Source: Eledone cirrhosa
Lineage: Eukaryota
Reading direction: 5' to 3'
NCBI GenBank assembly: GCA_964016885.1
Contig: OZ024742.1
Span: forward strand, 372,496,001-372,560,000
DNA length: 64,000 bases
The notes under the pieces: generated by a model
What the model saw: only the letters and a program-made list of their open reading frames with translations
Told to the model about the DNA's origin: nothing
The model's database searches: none
Part shown: positions 29,001 to 42,895 of the stretch, one piece after another
Numbering within the stretch: the first letter of the stretch is position 1
Layout: each line of letters opens with the position of its first letter
Program-made: the position numbers and the translations under genes

Positions 29001-31577
29001 CTGTAAATCTCTTTCTATATGAACTGTAAATCTCTTTCTATATAAACTCTGAATCTCATTCTATATAAGCTGTAAATCCCATTCTATGAACTGTTAATCT
29101 CTTTCTATATAAACTGTAAATCTCATTCTATATAAACTGTAAATCTCATTCTATAAACTGTAAATCTCTTTCTATATAAACTGTAAATATCATTCTATAT
29201 AAACTGTAAATCTCGTTCTATATAAACTGTAAATCTCTTTCCATATGAACTGTAAATCTCTTTCTATATAAACTCTGAATCTCATTCTATATAAGCTGTA
29301 AATCTCATTCTATGAACTGTTAATCTCTTTCTATATAAACTGTAAATCTCATTCTATATAAACTGTGAATCTCTTTCTATATAAACTGTAAATTTCATTC
29401 TATAAACTGTAAATCTCTTTCTATATAAACTGTAAATCTCATTCTATATAAACTGTAAATCTCTTTCTATATAAACTGTAAATCTCATTCTATATAAACT
29501 GTGAATCTCATTCTATAAACTGTAAATCTCTTTCTATATAAACTGTAAATATCATTCTATATACACTGTAAATCTCTTTCTATATAAACTGTAAATATCA
29601 TTCTATATAAACTGTAAATCTCATTCTATAAACTGTAAATCTCTTTCTATATAAACTGTAAATCTCGTTCTATATAAGCTGTAAATCTCATTCTATAAAC
29701 TGTAAATCTCTTTCTATATAAACTGTAAATCTCATTCTATATTAACTGTATATATCATTCTATAAACTGTAAATCTCATTCTATAAACTGTAAATCTCTT
29801 TCTATATAAACTGTAAATCTCATTCTATATAAACTGTAAATCTCTTTCTATATGAACTGTAAATCTCATTATATATAAATTGTAAATCTCATTCTATAAA
29901 CTGTGAATCTCATTCTATATAAACTGTAAATCTCATTCTATATACACTGTAAATCTCTTTCTATATAAACTGTAAATCTCATTCTATATAAACTGTTAAT
30001 CTCATTCTATAAACTGTAAATCTCTTTCTATATAAACTGTAAATCTCATTCTATATAAGCTGTAAATCTCATTCTATGAACTGTAAATCTCTTTCTATAT
30101 AAACTGTAAATCTCATTCTATATAAACTGTATATATCATTCTATAAACTGTAACTCTCATTCTATAAACTGTAAATCTCGTTCTATATAAACTGTAAATC
30201 TCTTTCCATATGAACTGTAAATCTCTTTCTATATAAACTCTGAATCTCATTCTATATAAGCTGTAAATCTCATTCTATGATCTGTAAATCTCTTTCTATA
30301 TAAACTGTAAATCTCATTCTATATAAACTGTGAATCTCTTTCTATATAAACTGTAAATTTCATTCTATAAACTGTAAATCTCTTTCTATATAAACTGTAA
30401 ATCTCATTCTATATAAACTGTAAATCTCTTTCTATATAAACTGTAAATATCATTCTATATAAACTGTGAATCTCATTCTATAAACTGTAAATCTCTTTCT
30501 ATATAAACTGTAAATATCATTCTATATACACTGTAAATCTCTTTCTATATAAACTGTAAATCTCATTCTATATAAACTGTAAATCTCATTCTATAAACTG
30601 TAAATCTCTTTCTATATAAATTGTAAATCTCGTTCTATATAAGCTGTAAATCTCATTCTATAAACTGTAAATCTCTTTCTATATAAACTGTAAATCTCAT
30701 TCTATATAAACTGTATATATCATTCTATAAACTGTAAATCTCATTCTATAAACTGTAAATCTCTTTCTATATAAACTGTAAATCTCATTCTATATAAACT
30801 GTAAATCTCTTTCTATATGAACTGTAAATCTCATTATATATAAACTGTAAATCTCATTCTATAAACTGTGAATCTCATTCTATATAAACTGTAAATCTCA
30901 TTCTATATACACTGTAAATCTCTTTCTATATAAACTGTAAATCTCATTCTATATAAACTGTAAATCTAATTCTATAAACTGTAAATCTCTTTCCATATAA
31001 ACTGTAAATCTCATTCTATATAAGCTGTAAATCTCATTCTATAAACTGTACATCTCTTTCTATATAAACTGTAAATCTCATTCTATATAAACTGTATATA
31101 TCATTCTATAAACTGTAAATCTCATTCTATAAACTGTAAATCTCTTTCTATATAAACTGTAAATCTCATTCTATATAAACTGTAAATCTTATTCTATATT
31201 AACTGTAAATCTGATTCTATAAACTGTAAATCTCTTTCTATATAAACTGTAAATCTCATTCTATATAAACTGTAAATCTCTTTCTATATAAACTGTAAAT
31301 CTCATTCTATATAAACTGTAAATCTCATTCTATAAACTGTAAATCTCTTTCTATATAAACTCTTTATCTCATTCTATATAAACTGTAAATCTCATTCTAT
31401 AAACTGTAAATCTCATTCTATATAAACTGTAAATCTCTTTCTATATAACCTGTAAATCTCTTTCTATATAACCTGTAAATCTCTTTCTATATAAACTGTA
31501 AATCTCATCCTATAGACTGTAAATCTCATTCTATATGAACTGTAAATCTCTTTCTATATAAACTGTAAATCTCATTC
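17019..31577. repeat. Largest tandem duplication, ~7.25 kb (17019-24328 vs 24291-31577); offset 7272 before and 7249 after a patch at ~25521-25608
   Basis: +7272: TACACT 17061/24333, TCAATCTA 17501/24773. +7249: TGAAATTCTC 18571/25820, TGCAAA 20361/27610, CTCTTTATCT 24111/31360. Confidence 0.92.
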
Positions 31578-34500
31578 GATAAACTGTAAATCTTTTTCTA
31601 TATAAACTGTAAGTCTCATTCTATATAAAATGTAAATCTCATTCTATAAACTGTAAATCTCTTTCTAAATAAACTGTAAATCTCATTCTATATAAACTGT
31701 AAATCTCTTTCTATATAAACTGTAAATTTCATTCTATAAACTCTAAATCTCTTTCTATATAAACTGTAAATCTCATTCTATATAAACTGTAAATCTCTTT
31801 CTATATAAACTGTAAATCTCATTCTATATAAACTGTAAATCTCATTCTATATAAACTGTAAATCTCATTCTATAAACTGTAAATCTGTTTCTATATAAAC
31901 TGTAAATCTCATTCTATATAAGCTGTAAATCTTATTCTATTAACTGTAAATCTCATTCTATATAAACTGTAAATCTCATTCTATATAAACTGTATATATC
32001 ATTCTATAAACTGTAAATCTCATTCTATAAACTGTAAATCTCTTTCTATATAAACTGTAAATCTCATTCTATATAAACTGTAAATCTCATTCTATATTAA
32101 CTGTAAATCTGATTCTATAAACTGTAAATCTCTTTCTATATAAACTCTTAATCTCATTCTATATAAACTGTAAATCTCATTCTATATAAACTGTATATAT
32201 CATTCTATAAACTGTAAATCTCATTCTATAAACTGTAAATCTCTTTCTATATAAACTGTAAATCTCATTCTATATAAACTGTAAATCTCATTCTCTTTTA
32301 ACTGTAAATCTGATTCTATAAACTGTAAATCTCTTTCTATATAAACTCTTAATCTCATTCTATATGAACTGTAAATCTCTTTCTATATAAACTGTGAATC
32401 TCATTCTATATAAGCTGTAAATCTCATTCCATGAACTGTAAATCTCTTTCTATATAAACTGTAAGTCTCATTCTATATAAACTGTGAATCTCATTCTATA
32501 AACTGTAAATCCCTCTCTATATAAACTGTAAATATCATTCTATATACACTGTAAATCTCTTTCTATATAAACTCTGAATCTCATTCTATATAAGCTGTAA
32601 ATCTCATTCTATAAACTGTAAATCTCATTCTATGAACTGTATATCTCTTTCAATATAATCTGTAAATCTCATTCTATATAAACTGTAAATCTCTTTCTAT
32701 ATAAACTGTAAATTTCATTCTATAAACTGTAAATCTCTTTCTATATAAACTGTAAATCTCATTCTATAAAAACCGTAAATCTCTTTCTATATAAACTGTA
32801 AATCTCATTCTATATAAACTGTAAATCTCTTTCTATATGAACTGTAAATCTCTTTCTATATAAACTCTGAATCTCATTCTATATAAGCTGTAAATCTCAT
32901 TCTATGAACTGTAAATCTCTTTCTATATAAACTGTAAATCTCATTCTATATAAACTGTAAATCTCATTCTATATAAACTGTAAATCTCTTTCTATAAACT
33001 GTAAATCTCTTTCTGTATAAACTGTAAATCTCATTCTATATAAACTGTAAATCTCTTTCTGTATAAACTGTAAATTTCATTCTATAAACTGTAAATCTCT
33101 TTCTATATAAACTGTAAATCTCATTCTATAAAAACTGTAAATCTCTTTCTATATAAACTGTAAATCTCATTCTATATAAACTGTAAATCTCTTTCTATAT
33201 GAACTGTAAATCCCTTTCTATATAAACTCTGAATCTCATTCTATATAAGCTGTAAATCTCATTCTATGAACTGTTAATCTCTTTCTATATAAACTGTAAA
33301 TCTCATTCTATATAAACTGTAAATCTCATTCTATAAACTGTAAATCTCTTTCTATATAAACTGTAAATATCATTCTATATAAACTGTAAATCTCTTTCTA
33401 TATAAACTGTAAATTTCATTCTATAAACTGTAAATCTCTTTCTATATAAACTGTAAATCTCATTCTATAAACTGTAGATCTCGTTCTATATAAACTGTAA
33501 ATCTCTTTCCATATGAACTGTAAATCTCTTTCTATATAAACTCTGAATCTCATTCTATATAAGCTGTAAATCTCATTCTATGAACTGTAAATCTCTTTCT
33601 ATATAAACTGTATATCTCATTCTATATAAACTGTAAATCTCAATCTATATAAACTGTGAATCTCATTCTATAAACTGTAAATCTCTTTCTATATAAACTG
33701 TAAATCTCATTCTATATAAACTGTAAATCTCTTTCTATATGAACTGTAAATCTCATTCTATATAAATTGTAAATCTCATTCTATAAACTGTGAATCTCAT
33801 TCTATATAAACTGTAAATCTCATTCTATAAACTGTAAATCTCTTTCTGTATAAGCTGTAAATCTCATTCTATATAAACTGTAAATCTCTTTCTATATAAA
33901 CTGTAAATTTCATTCTATAAACTGTAAATCTCTTTCTATATAAATTGTAAATCTCATTCTATATAAACTGTAAATCTCTTTCTATATAAACTGTAAATCT
34001 CATTCTATATAAACTGTGAATCTCATTCTATAAGCTGTAAATCTCTTTCTATATAAACTGTAAATCTCATTCTATATACACTGTAAATCTCTTTCTATAT
34101 AAACTGTAAATCTCATTCTATATAAACTGTAAATCTCATTCTATAAACTGTACATCTCTTTCTATATAAACTGTAAATCTCATACTATATAAACTGTATA
34201 TATCATTCTATAAACTGTAAATCTCATTCTATAAGCTGTAAATCTCTTTCTATATAAACTGTAAATCTCATTCTATATAAACTGTAAATCTAATTCTATA
34301 TTAACTGTAAATCTGATTCTATAAACTGTAAATCTCTTTCTATATAAACTGTAAATCTCATTCTATATAAACTGTGAATCTCTTTCTATATAAACTGTAA
34401 ATCTCATTCTATATAAACTGTAAATCTCATTCTATAAACTGTAAATCTCTTTCTATATAAACTCTTAATCTCATTCTATATAAACTGTAAATCTCATTCT

Positions 34501-37500
34501 ATAAACTGTAAATCTAATTCTATATAAACTGTAAATCTCTTTCTATATAACCTGTAAATCTCTTTCTATATAACCTGTAAATCTCCTTCTATATAAACTG
34601 TAAATCTCATGCTATAGACTGTAAATCTCATTCTATATGAACTGTAAATCTCTTTCTATATAAACTGTAAATCTCATTCTATATAAACTGTAAATCTCAT
34701 TCTATATAATCTGTAAATCTCATTCGATAAACTGTAAATCTCTTTTTATATAAACAGTAAATCTCATTCTATATAAACTGGAAATCTCTTTCTATGAACT
34801 GTAAATCTCGTTCTATATAAACTGTAAATCTCTTTCCATATGAACTGTAAATCTCTTTCTATATAAACTCTGAATCTCATTCTATATAAGCTGTAAATCT
34901 CATTCTATGATCTGTAAATCTCTTTCTATATAAACTGTAAATCTCATTCTATATAAACTGTGAATCTCTTTCTATATAAACTGTAAATTTCATTCTATAA
35001 ACTGTAAATCTCTTTCTATATAAACTGTAAATCTCATTCTATATAAACTGTAAATCTCTTTCTATATAAACTGTAAATATCATTCTATATAAACTGTGAA
35101 TCTCATTCTATAAACTGTAAATCTCTTTCTATATAAACTGTAAATATCATTCTATATACACTGTAAATCTCTTTCTATATAAACTGTAAATCTCATTCTA
35201 TATAAACTGTAAATCTCATTCTATAAACTGTAAATCTCTTTCTATATAAATTGTAAATCTCGTTCTATATAAGCTGTAAATCTCATTCTATAAACTGTAA
35301 ATCTCTTTCTATATAAACTGTAAATCTCATTCTATATAAACTGTATATATCATTCTATAAACTGTAAATCTCATTCTATAAACTGTAAATCTCTTTCTAT
35401 ATAAACTGTAAATCTCATTCTATATAAACTGTAAATCTCTTTCTATATGAACTGTAAATCTCATTATATATAAACTGTAAATCTCATTCTATAAACTGTG
35501 AATCTCATTCTATATAAACTGTAAATCTCATTCTATATACACTGTAAATCTCTTTCTATATAAACTGTAAATCTCATTCTATATAAACTGTAAATCTCAT
35601 TCTATAAACTGTAAATCTCTTTCCATATAAACTGTAAATCTCATTCTATATAAGCTGTAAATCTCATTCTATAAACTGTACATCTCTTTCTATATAAACT
35701 GTAAATCTCATTCTATATAAACTGTATATATCATTCTATAAACTGTAAATCTCATTCTATAAACTGTAAATCTCTTTCTATATAAACTGTAAATCTCATT
35801 CTATATAAACTGTAAATCTTATTCTATATTAACTGTAAATCTGATTCTATAAACTGTAAATCTCTTTCTATATAAACTGTAAATCTCATTCTATATAAAC
35901 TGTAAATCTCTTTCTATATAAACTGTAAATCTCATTCTATATAAACTGTAAATCTCATTCTATAAACTGTAAATCTCTTTCTATATAAACTCTTAATCTC
36001 ATTCTATATAAACTGTAAATCTCATTCTATAAACTGTAAATCTCATTCTATATAAACTGTAAATCTCTTTCTATATAACCTGTAAATCTCTTTCTATATA
36101 ACCTGTAAATCTCTTTCTATATAAACTGTAAATCTCATCCTATAGACTGTAAATCTCATTCTATATGAACTGTAAATCTCTTTCTATATAAACTGTAAAT
36201 CTCATTCGATAAACTGTAAATCTTTTTCTATATAAACTGTAAATCTCATTCTATATAAAATGTAAATCTCATTCTATAAACTGTAAATCTCTTTCTAAAT
36301 AAACTGTAAATCTCATTCTATATAAACTGTAAATCTCTTTCTATATAAACTGTAAATTTCATTCTATAAACTCTAAATCTCTTTCTATATAAACTGTAAA
36401 TCTCATTCTATATAAACTGTAAATCTCCTTCTATATAAACTGTAAATCTCATTCTATATAAACTGTAAATCTCATTCTATATAAACTGTAAATCTCATTC
36501 TATAAACTGTAAATCTCTTTCTATATAAACTGTAAATCTCATTCTATATAAGCTGTAAATCTCATTCTATTAACTGTAAATCTCATTCTATATAAACTGT
36601 AAATCTCATTCTATATAAACTGTATATATCATTCTATAAACTGTAAATCTCATTCTATAAACTGTAAATCTCTTTCTATATAAACTGTAAATCTCATTCT
36701 ATATAAACTGTAAATCTCATTCTATATTAACTGTAAATCTGATTCTATAAACTGTAAATCTCTTTCTATATAAACTCTTAATCTCATTCTATATAAACTG
36801 TAAATCTCATTCTATATAAACTGTATATATCATTCTATAAACTGTAAATCTCATTCTATAAACTGTAAATCTCTTTCTATATAAACTGTAAATCTCATTC
36901 TATATAAACTGTAAATCTCATTCTATATTAACTGTAAATCTGATTCTATAAACTGTAAATCTCTTTCTATATAAACTCTTAATCTCATTCTATATGAACT
37001 GTAAATCTCTTTCTATATAAACTGTGAATCTCATTCTATATAAGCTGTAAATCTCATTCCATGAACTGTAAATCTCTTTCTATATAAACTGTAAATCTAA
37101 TTCTATATTAACTGTAAATCTGATTCTATAAACTGTAAATCTCTTTCTATATAAACTGTAAATCTCATTCTATATAAACTGTAAATCTCTTTCTATATAA
37201 ACTGTAAATCTCATTCTATATAAACTGTAAATCTCATTCTATAAACTGTAAATCTCTTTCTATATAAACTCTTAATCTCATTCTATATAAACTGTAAATC
37301 TCATTCTAAAAACTGTAAATCTAATTCTATATAAACTGTAAATCTCTTTCTATATAACCTGTAAATCTCTTTCTATATAACCTGTAAATCTCCTTCTATA
37401 TAAACTGTAAATCTCATGCTATAGACTGTAAATCTCATTCTATATGAACTGTAAATCTCTTTCTATATAAACTGTAAATCTCATTCTATATAAACTGTAA

Positions 37501-40500
37501 ATCTCATTCTATATAATCTGTAAATCTCATTCAATAAACTGTAAATCTCTTTTTATATAAACAGTAAATCTCATTCTATATAAACTGGAAATCTCTTTCT
37601 ATGAACTGTAAATCTCGTTCTATATAAACTGTAAATCTCTTTCCATATGAACTGTAAATCTCTTTCTATATAAACTCTGAATCTCATTCTATATAAGCTG
37701 TAAATCTCATTCTATGATCTGTAAATCTCTTTCTATATAAACTGTAAATCTCATTCTATATAAACTGTGAATCTCTTTCTATATAAACTGTAAATTTCAT
37801 TCTATAAACTGTAAATCTCTTTCTATATAAACTGTAAATCTCATTCTATATAGACTGTAAATCTCTTTCTATATAAACTGTAAATATCATTCTATATAAA
37901 CTGTGAATCTCATTCTATAAACTGTAAATCTCTTTCTATATAAACTGTAAATATCATTCTATATACACTGTAAATCTCTTTCTATATAAACTGTAAATCT
38001 CATTCTATATAAACTGTAAATCTCATTCTATAAACTGTAAATCTCTTTCTATATAAATTGTAAATCTCGTTCTATATAAGCTGTAAATCTCATTCTATAA
38101 ACTGTAAATCTCTTTCTATATAAACTGTAAATCTCATTCTATATAAACTGTATATATCATTCTATAAACTGTAAATCTCATTCTATAAACTGTAAATCTC
38201 TTTCTATATAAACTGTAAATCTCATTCTATATAAACTGTAAATCTCTTTCTATATGAACTGTAAATCTCATTATATATAAACTGTAAATCTCATTCTATA
38301 AACTGTGAATCTCATTCTATATAAACTGTAAATCTCATTCTATATACACTGTAAATCTCTTTCTATATAAACTGTAAATCTCATTCTATATAAACTGTAA
38401 ATCTCATTCTATAAACTGTAAATCTCTTTCCATATAAACTGTAAATCTCATTCTATATAAGCTGTAAATCTCATTCTATAAACTGTACATCTCTTTCTAT
38501 ATAAACTGTAAATCTCATTCTATATAAACTGTATATATCATTCTATAAACTGTAAATCTCATTCTATAAACTGTAAATCTCTTTCTATATAAACTGTAAA
38601 TCTCATTCTATATAAACTGTAAATCTTATTCTATATTAACTGTAAATCTGATTCTATAAACTGTAAATCTCTTTCTATATAAACTGTAAATCTCATTCTA
38701 TATAAACTGTAAATCTCTTTCTATATAAACTGTAAATCTCATTCTATATAAACTGTAAATCTCATTCTATAAACTGTAAATCTCTTTCTATATAAACTCT
38801 TAATCTCATTCTATATAAACTGTAAATCTCATTCTATAAACTGTAAATCTCATTCTATATAAACTGTAAATCTCTTTCTATGTAACCTGTAAATCTCTTT
38901 CTATATAAACTGTAAATCTCATCCTATAGACTGTAAATCTCATTCTATATGAACTGTAAATCTCTTTCTATATAAACTGTAAATCTCATTCGATAAACTG
39001 TAAATCTTTTTCTATATAAACTGTAAATCTCATTCTATATAAAATGTAAATCTCATTCTATAAACTGTAAATCTCTTTCTAAATAAACTGTAAATCTCAT
39101 TCTATATGAACTGTAAATCTCTTTCTATATAAACTGTAAATTTCATTCTATAAACTCTAAATCTCTTTCTATATAAACTGTAAATCTCATTCTATATAAA
39201 CTGTAAATCTCTTTCTATATAAACTGTAAATCTCATTCTATATAAACTGTAAATCTCATTCTATATAAACTGTAAATCTCATTCTATAAACTGTAAATCT
39301 CTTTCTATATAAACTGTAAATCTCATTCTATATAAGCTGTAAATCTCATTCTATTAACTGTAAATCTCATTCTATATAAACTGTAAATCTCATTCTATAT
39401 AAACCGTATATATCATTCTATAAACTGTAAATCTCATTCTATAAACTGTAAATCTCTTTCTATATAAACTGTAAATCTCATTCTATATAAACTGTAAATC
39501 TCATTCTATATTAACTGTAAATCTGATTCTATAAACTGTAAATCTCTTTCTATATAAACTCTTAATCTCATTCTATATAAACTGTAAATCTCATTCTATA
39601 TAAACTGTATATATCATTCTATAAACTGTAAATCTCATTCTATAAACTGTAAATCTCTTTCTATATAAACTGTAAATCTCATTCTATATAAACTGTAAAT
39701 CTCATTCTATATTAACTGTAAATCTGATTCTATAAACTGTAAATCTCTTTCTATATAAACTCTTAATCTCATTCTATATGAACTGTAAATCTCTTTCTAT
39801 ATAAACTGTGAATCTCATTCTATATAAGCTGTAAATCTCATTCCATGAACTGTAAATCTCTTTCTATATAAACTGTAAGTCTCATTCTATATAAACTGTG
39901 AATCTCATTCTATAAACTGTAAATCTAATTCTATATAAACTGTAAATATCATTCTATATACACTGTAAATCTCTTTCTATATAAACTCTGAATCTCATTC
40001 TATATAAGCTGTAAATCTCATTCTATTAACTGTAAATCTCATTCTATGAACTGTATATCTCTTTCAATATAATCTGTAAATCTCATTCTATATAAACTGT
40101 AAATCTCTTTCTATATAAACTGTAAATTTCATTCTATAAACTGTAAATCTCTTTCTATATAAACTGTAAATCTCATTCTATAAAAACCGTAAATCTCTTT
40201 CTATATAAACTGTAAATCTCATTCTATATAAACTGTAAATCTCTTTCTATATGAACTGTAAATCTCTTTCTATATAAACTCTGAATCTCATTCTATATAA
40301 GCTGTAAATCTCATTCTATGAACTGTAAATCTCTTTCTATATAAACTGTAAATCTCATTCTATATAAACTGTAAATCTCATTCTATATAAACTGTAAATC
40401 TCTTTCTATATAAACTGTAAATTTCATTCTATAAACTGTAAATCTCTTTCTATATAAACTGTAAATCTCATTCTATATAAACTGTAAATCTCTTTCTATA

Positions 40501-42895
40501 TAAACTGTAAATCTCATTATATATAAACTGTGAATCTCATTCTATAAACTGTAAATCTCTTTCTATATAAACTGTAAATATCATTCTATATACACTGTAA
40601 ATCTCTTTCTATATAAACTGTAAATCTCATTCTATATAAACTGTAAATCTATTCTATAAACTGTAAATCTCTTTCTATATAAACTGTAAATCTCGTTCTA
40701 TATAAGCTGTAAATCTCATTCTATAAACTGTAAATCTCTTTCTACATAAACTGTAAATCTCATTCTATATAAACTGTAAATCTGTTTCTATATGAACTGT
40801 AAATCTCATTCTATATAAATTGTAAATCTCATTCTATAAACTGTGAATCTCATTCTATATAAACTGTAAATCTCATTCTATATAAACTGTAAATCTCATT
40901 CTATATTAACTGTAAATCTCATTCTATAAACTGTAAATCTCTTTCTATATAAGCTGTAAATCTCATTCTATGTAAACTGTAAATCTCATTCTATAAACTG
41001 TAAATCTCATTCTATGAACTGTATATCTCTTTCTATATAAACTGTAAATCTCTTTCTATATAAACTGTAAATCTCATTCTATAAACTGTAAATCTCTTTC
41101 TGTATAAACTGTAAATCTCATTCTATATAAACTGTAAATCTCTTTCTGTATAAACTGTAAATTTCATTCTATAAACTGTAAATCTCTTTCTATATAAACT
41201 GTAAATCTCATTCTATAAAAACTGTAAATCTCTTTCTATATAAACTGTAAATCTCATTCTATATAAACTGTAAATCTCTTTCTATATGAACTGTAAATCC
41301 CTTTCTATATAAACTCTGAATCTCATTCTATATAAGCTGTAAATCTCATTCTATGAACTGTTAATCTCTTTCTATATAAACTGTAAATCTCATTCTATAT
41401 AAACTGTAAATCTCATTCTATAAACTGTAAATCTCTTTCTATATAAACTGTAAATATCATTCTATATAAACTGTAAATCTCTTTCTATATAAACTGTAAA
41501 TTTCATTCTATAAACTGTAAATCTCTTTCTATATAAACTGTAAATCTCATTCTATAAACTGTAGATCTCGTTCTATATAAACTGTAAATCTCTTTCCATA
41601 TGAACTGTAAATCTCTTTCTATATAAACTCTGAATCTCATTCTATATAAGCTGTAAATCTCATTCTATGAACTGTAAATCTCTTTCTATATAAACTGTAT
41701 ATCTCATTCTATATAAACTGTAAATCTCAATCTATATAAACTGTGAATCTCATTCTATAAACTGTAAATCTCTTTCTATATAAACTGTAAATCTCATTCT
41801 ATATAAACTGTAAATCTCTTTCTATATGAACTGTAAATCTCATTCTATATAAATTGTAAATCTCATTCTATAAACTGTGAATCTCATTCTATATAAACTG
41901 TAAATCTCATTCTATAAACTGTAAATCTCTTTCTGTATAAGCTGTAAATCTCATTCTATATAAACTGTAAATCTCTTTCTATATAAACTGTAAATTTCAT
42001 TCTATAAACTGTAAATCTCTTTCTATATAAATTGTAAATCTCATTCTATATAAACTGTAAATCTCTTTCTATATAAACTGTAAATCTCATTCTATATAAA
42101 CTGTGAATCTCATTCTATAAGCTGTAAATCTCTTTCTATATAAACTGTAAATCTCATTCTATATACACTGTAAATCTCTTTCTATATAAACTGTAAATCT
42201 CATTCTATATAAACTGTAAATCTCATTCTATAAACTGTACATCTCTTTCTATATAAACTGTAAATCTCATACTATATAAACTGTATATATCATTCTATAA
42301 ACTGTAAATCTCATTCTATAAACTGTAAATCTCTTTCTATATAAACTGTAAATCTCATTCTATATAAACTGTAAATCTAATTCTATATTAACTGTAAATC
42401 TGATTCTATAAACTGTAAATCTCTTTCTATATAAACTGTAAATCTCATTCTATATAAACTGTAAATCTCTTTCTATATAAACTGTAAATCTCATTCTATA
42501 TAAACTGTAAATCTCATTCTATAAACTGTAAATCTCTTTCTATATAAACTCTTAATCTCATTCTATATAAACTGTAAATCTCATTCTATAAACTGTAAAT
42601 CTAATTCTATATAAACTGTAAATCTCTTTCTATATAACCTGTAAATCTCTTTCTATATAACCTGTAAATCTCCTTCTATATAAACTGTAAATCTCATGCT
42701 ATAGACTGTAAATCTCATTCTATATGAACTGTAAATCTCTTTCTATATAAACTGTAAATCTCATTCTATATAAACTGTAAATCTCATTCTATATAATCTG
42801 TAAATCTCATTCGATAAACTGTAAATCTCTTTTTATATAAACAGTAAATCTCATTCTATATAAACTGGAAATCTCTTTCTATGAACTGTAAATCT
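30170..42895. repeat. Older ~5.3 kb tandem duplication (junction ~34800), later modified by a 673-bp deletion in copy 1 and a 2807-bp duplication spanning the junction
   Basis: Offsets +4630 (ATGATCT 30277/34907, ATCC 31507/36137), +7414 (AACCGT 32771/40185) and +8087 (CATACT 34181/42268). These are mutually consistent: 4630+2784=7414 and 7414+673=8087. Confidence 0.8.
34275..39878. repeat. Tandem segmental duplication, period 2807 bp (2784 after loss of one 23-mer in copy 2 near 38880)
   Basis: +2807: TAATTC 34291/37098, ATGATCT 34907/37714. +2784: ATCC 36137/38921, TTCCATG 37057/39841. Confidence 0.88.
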
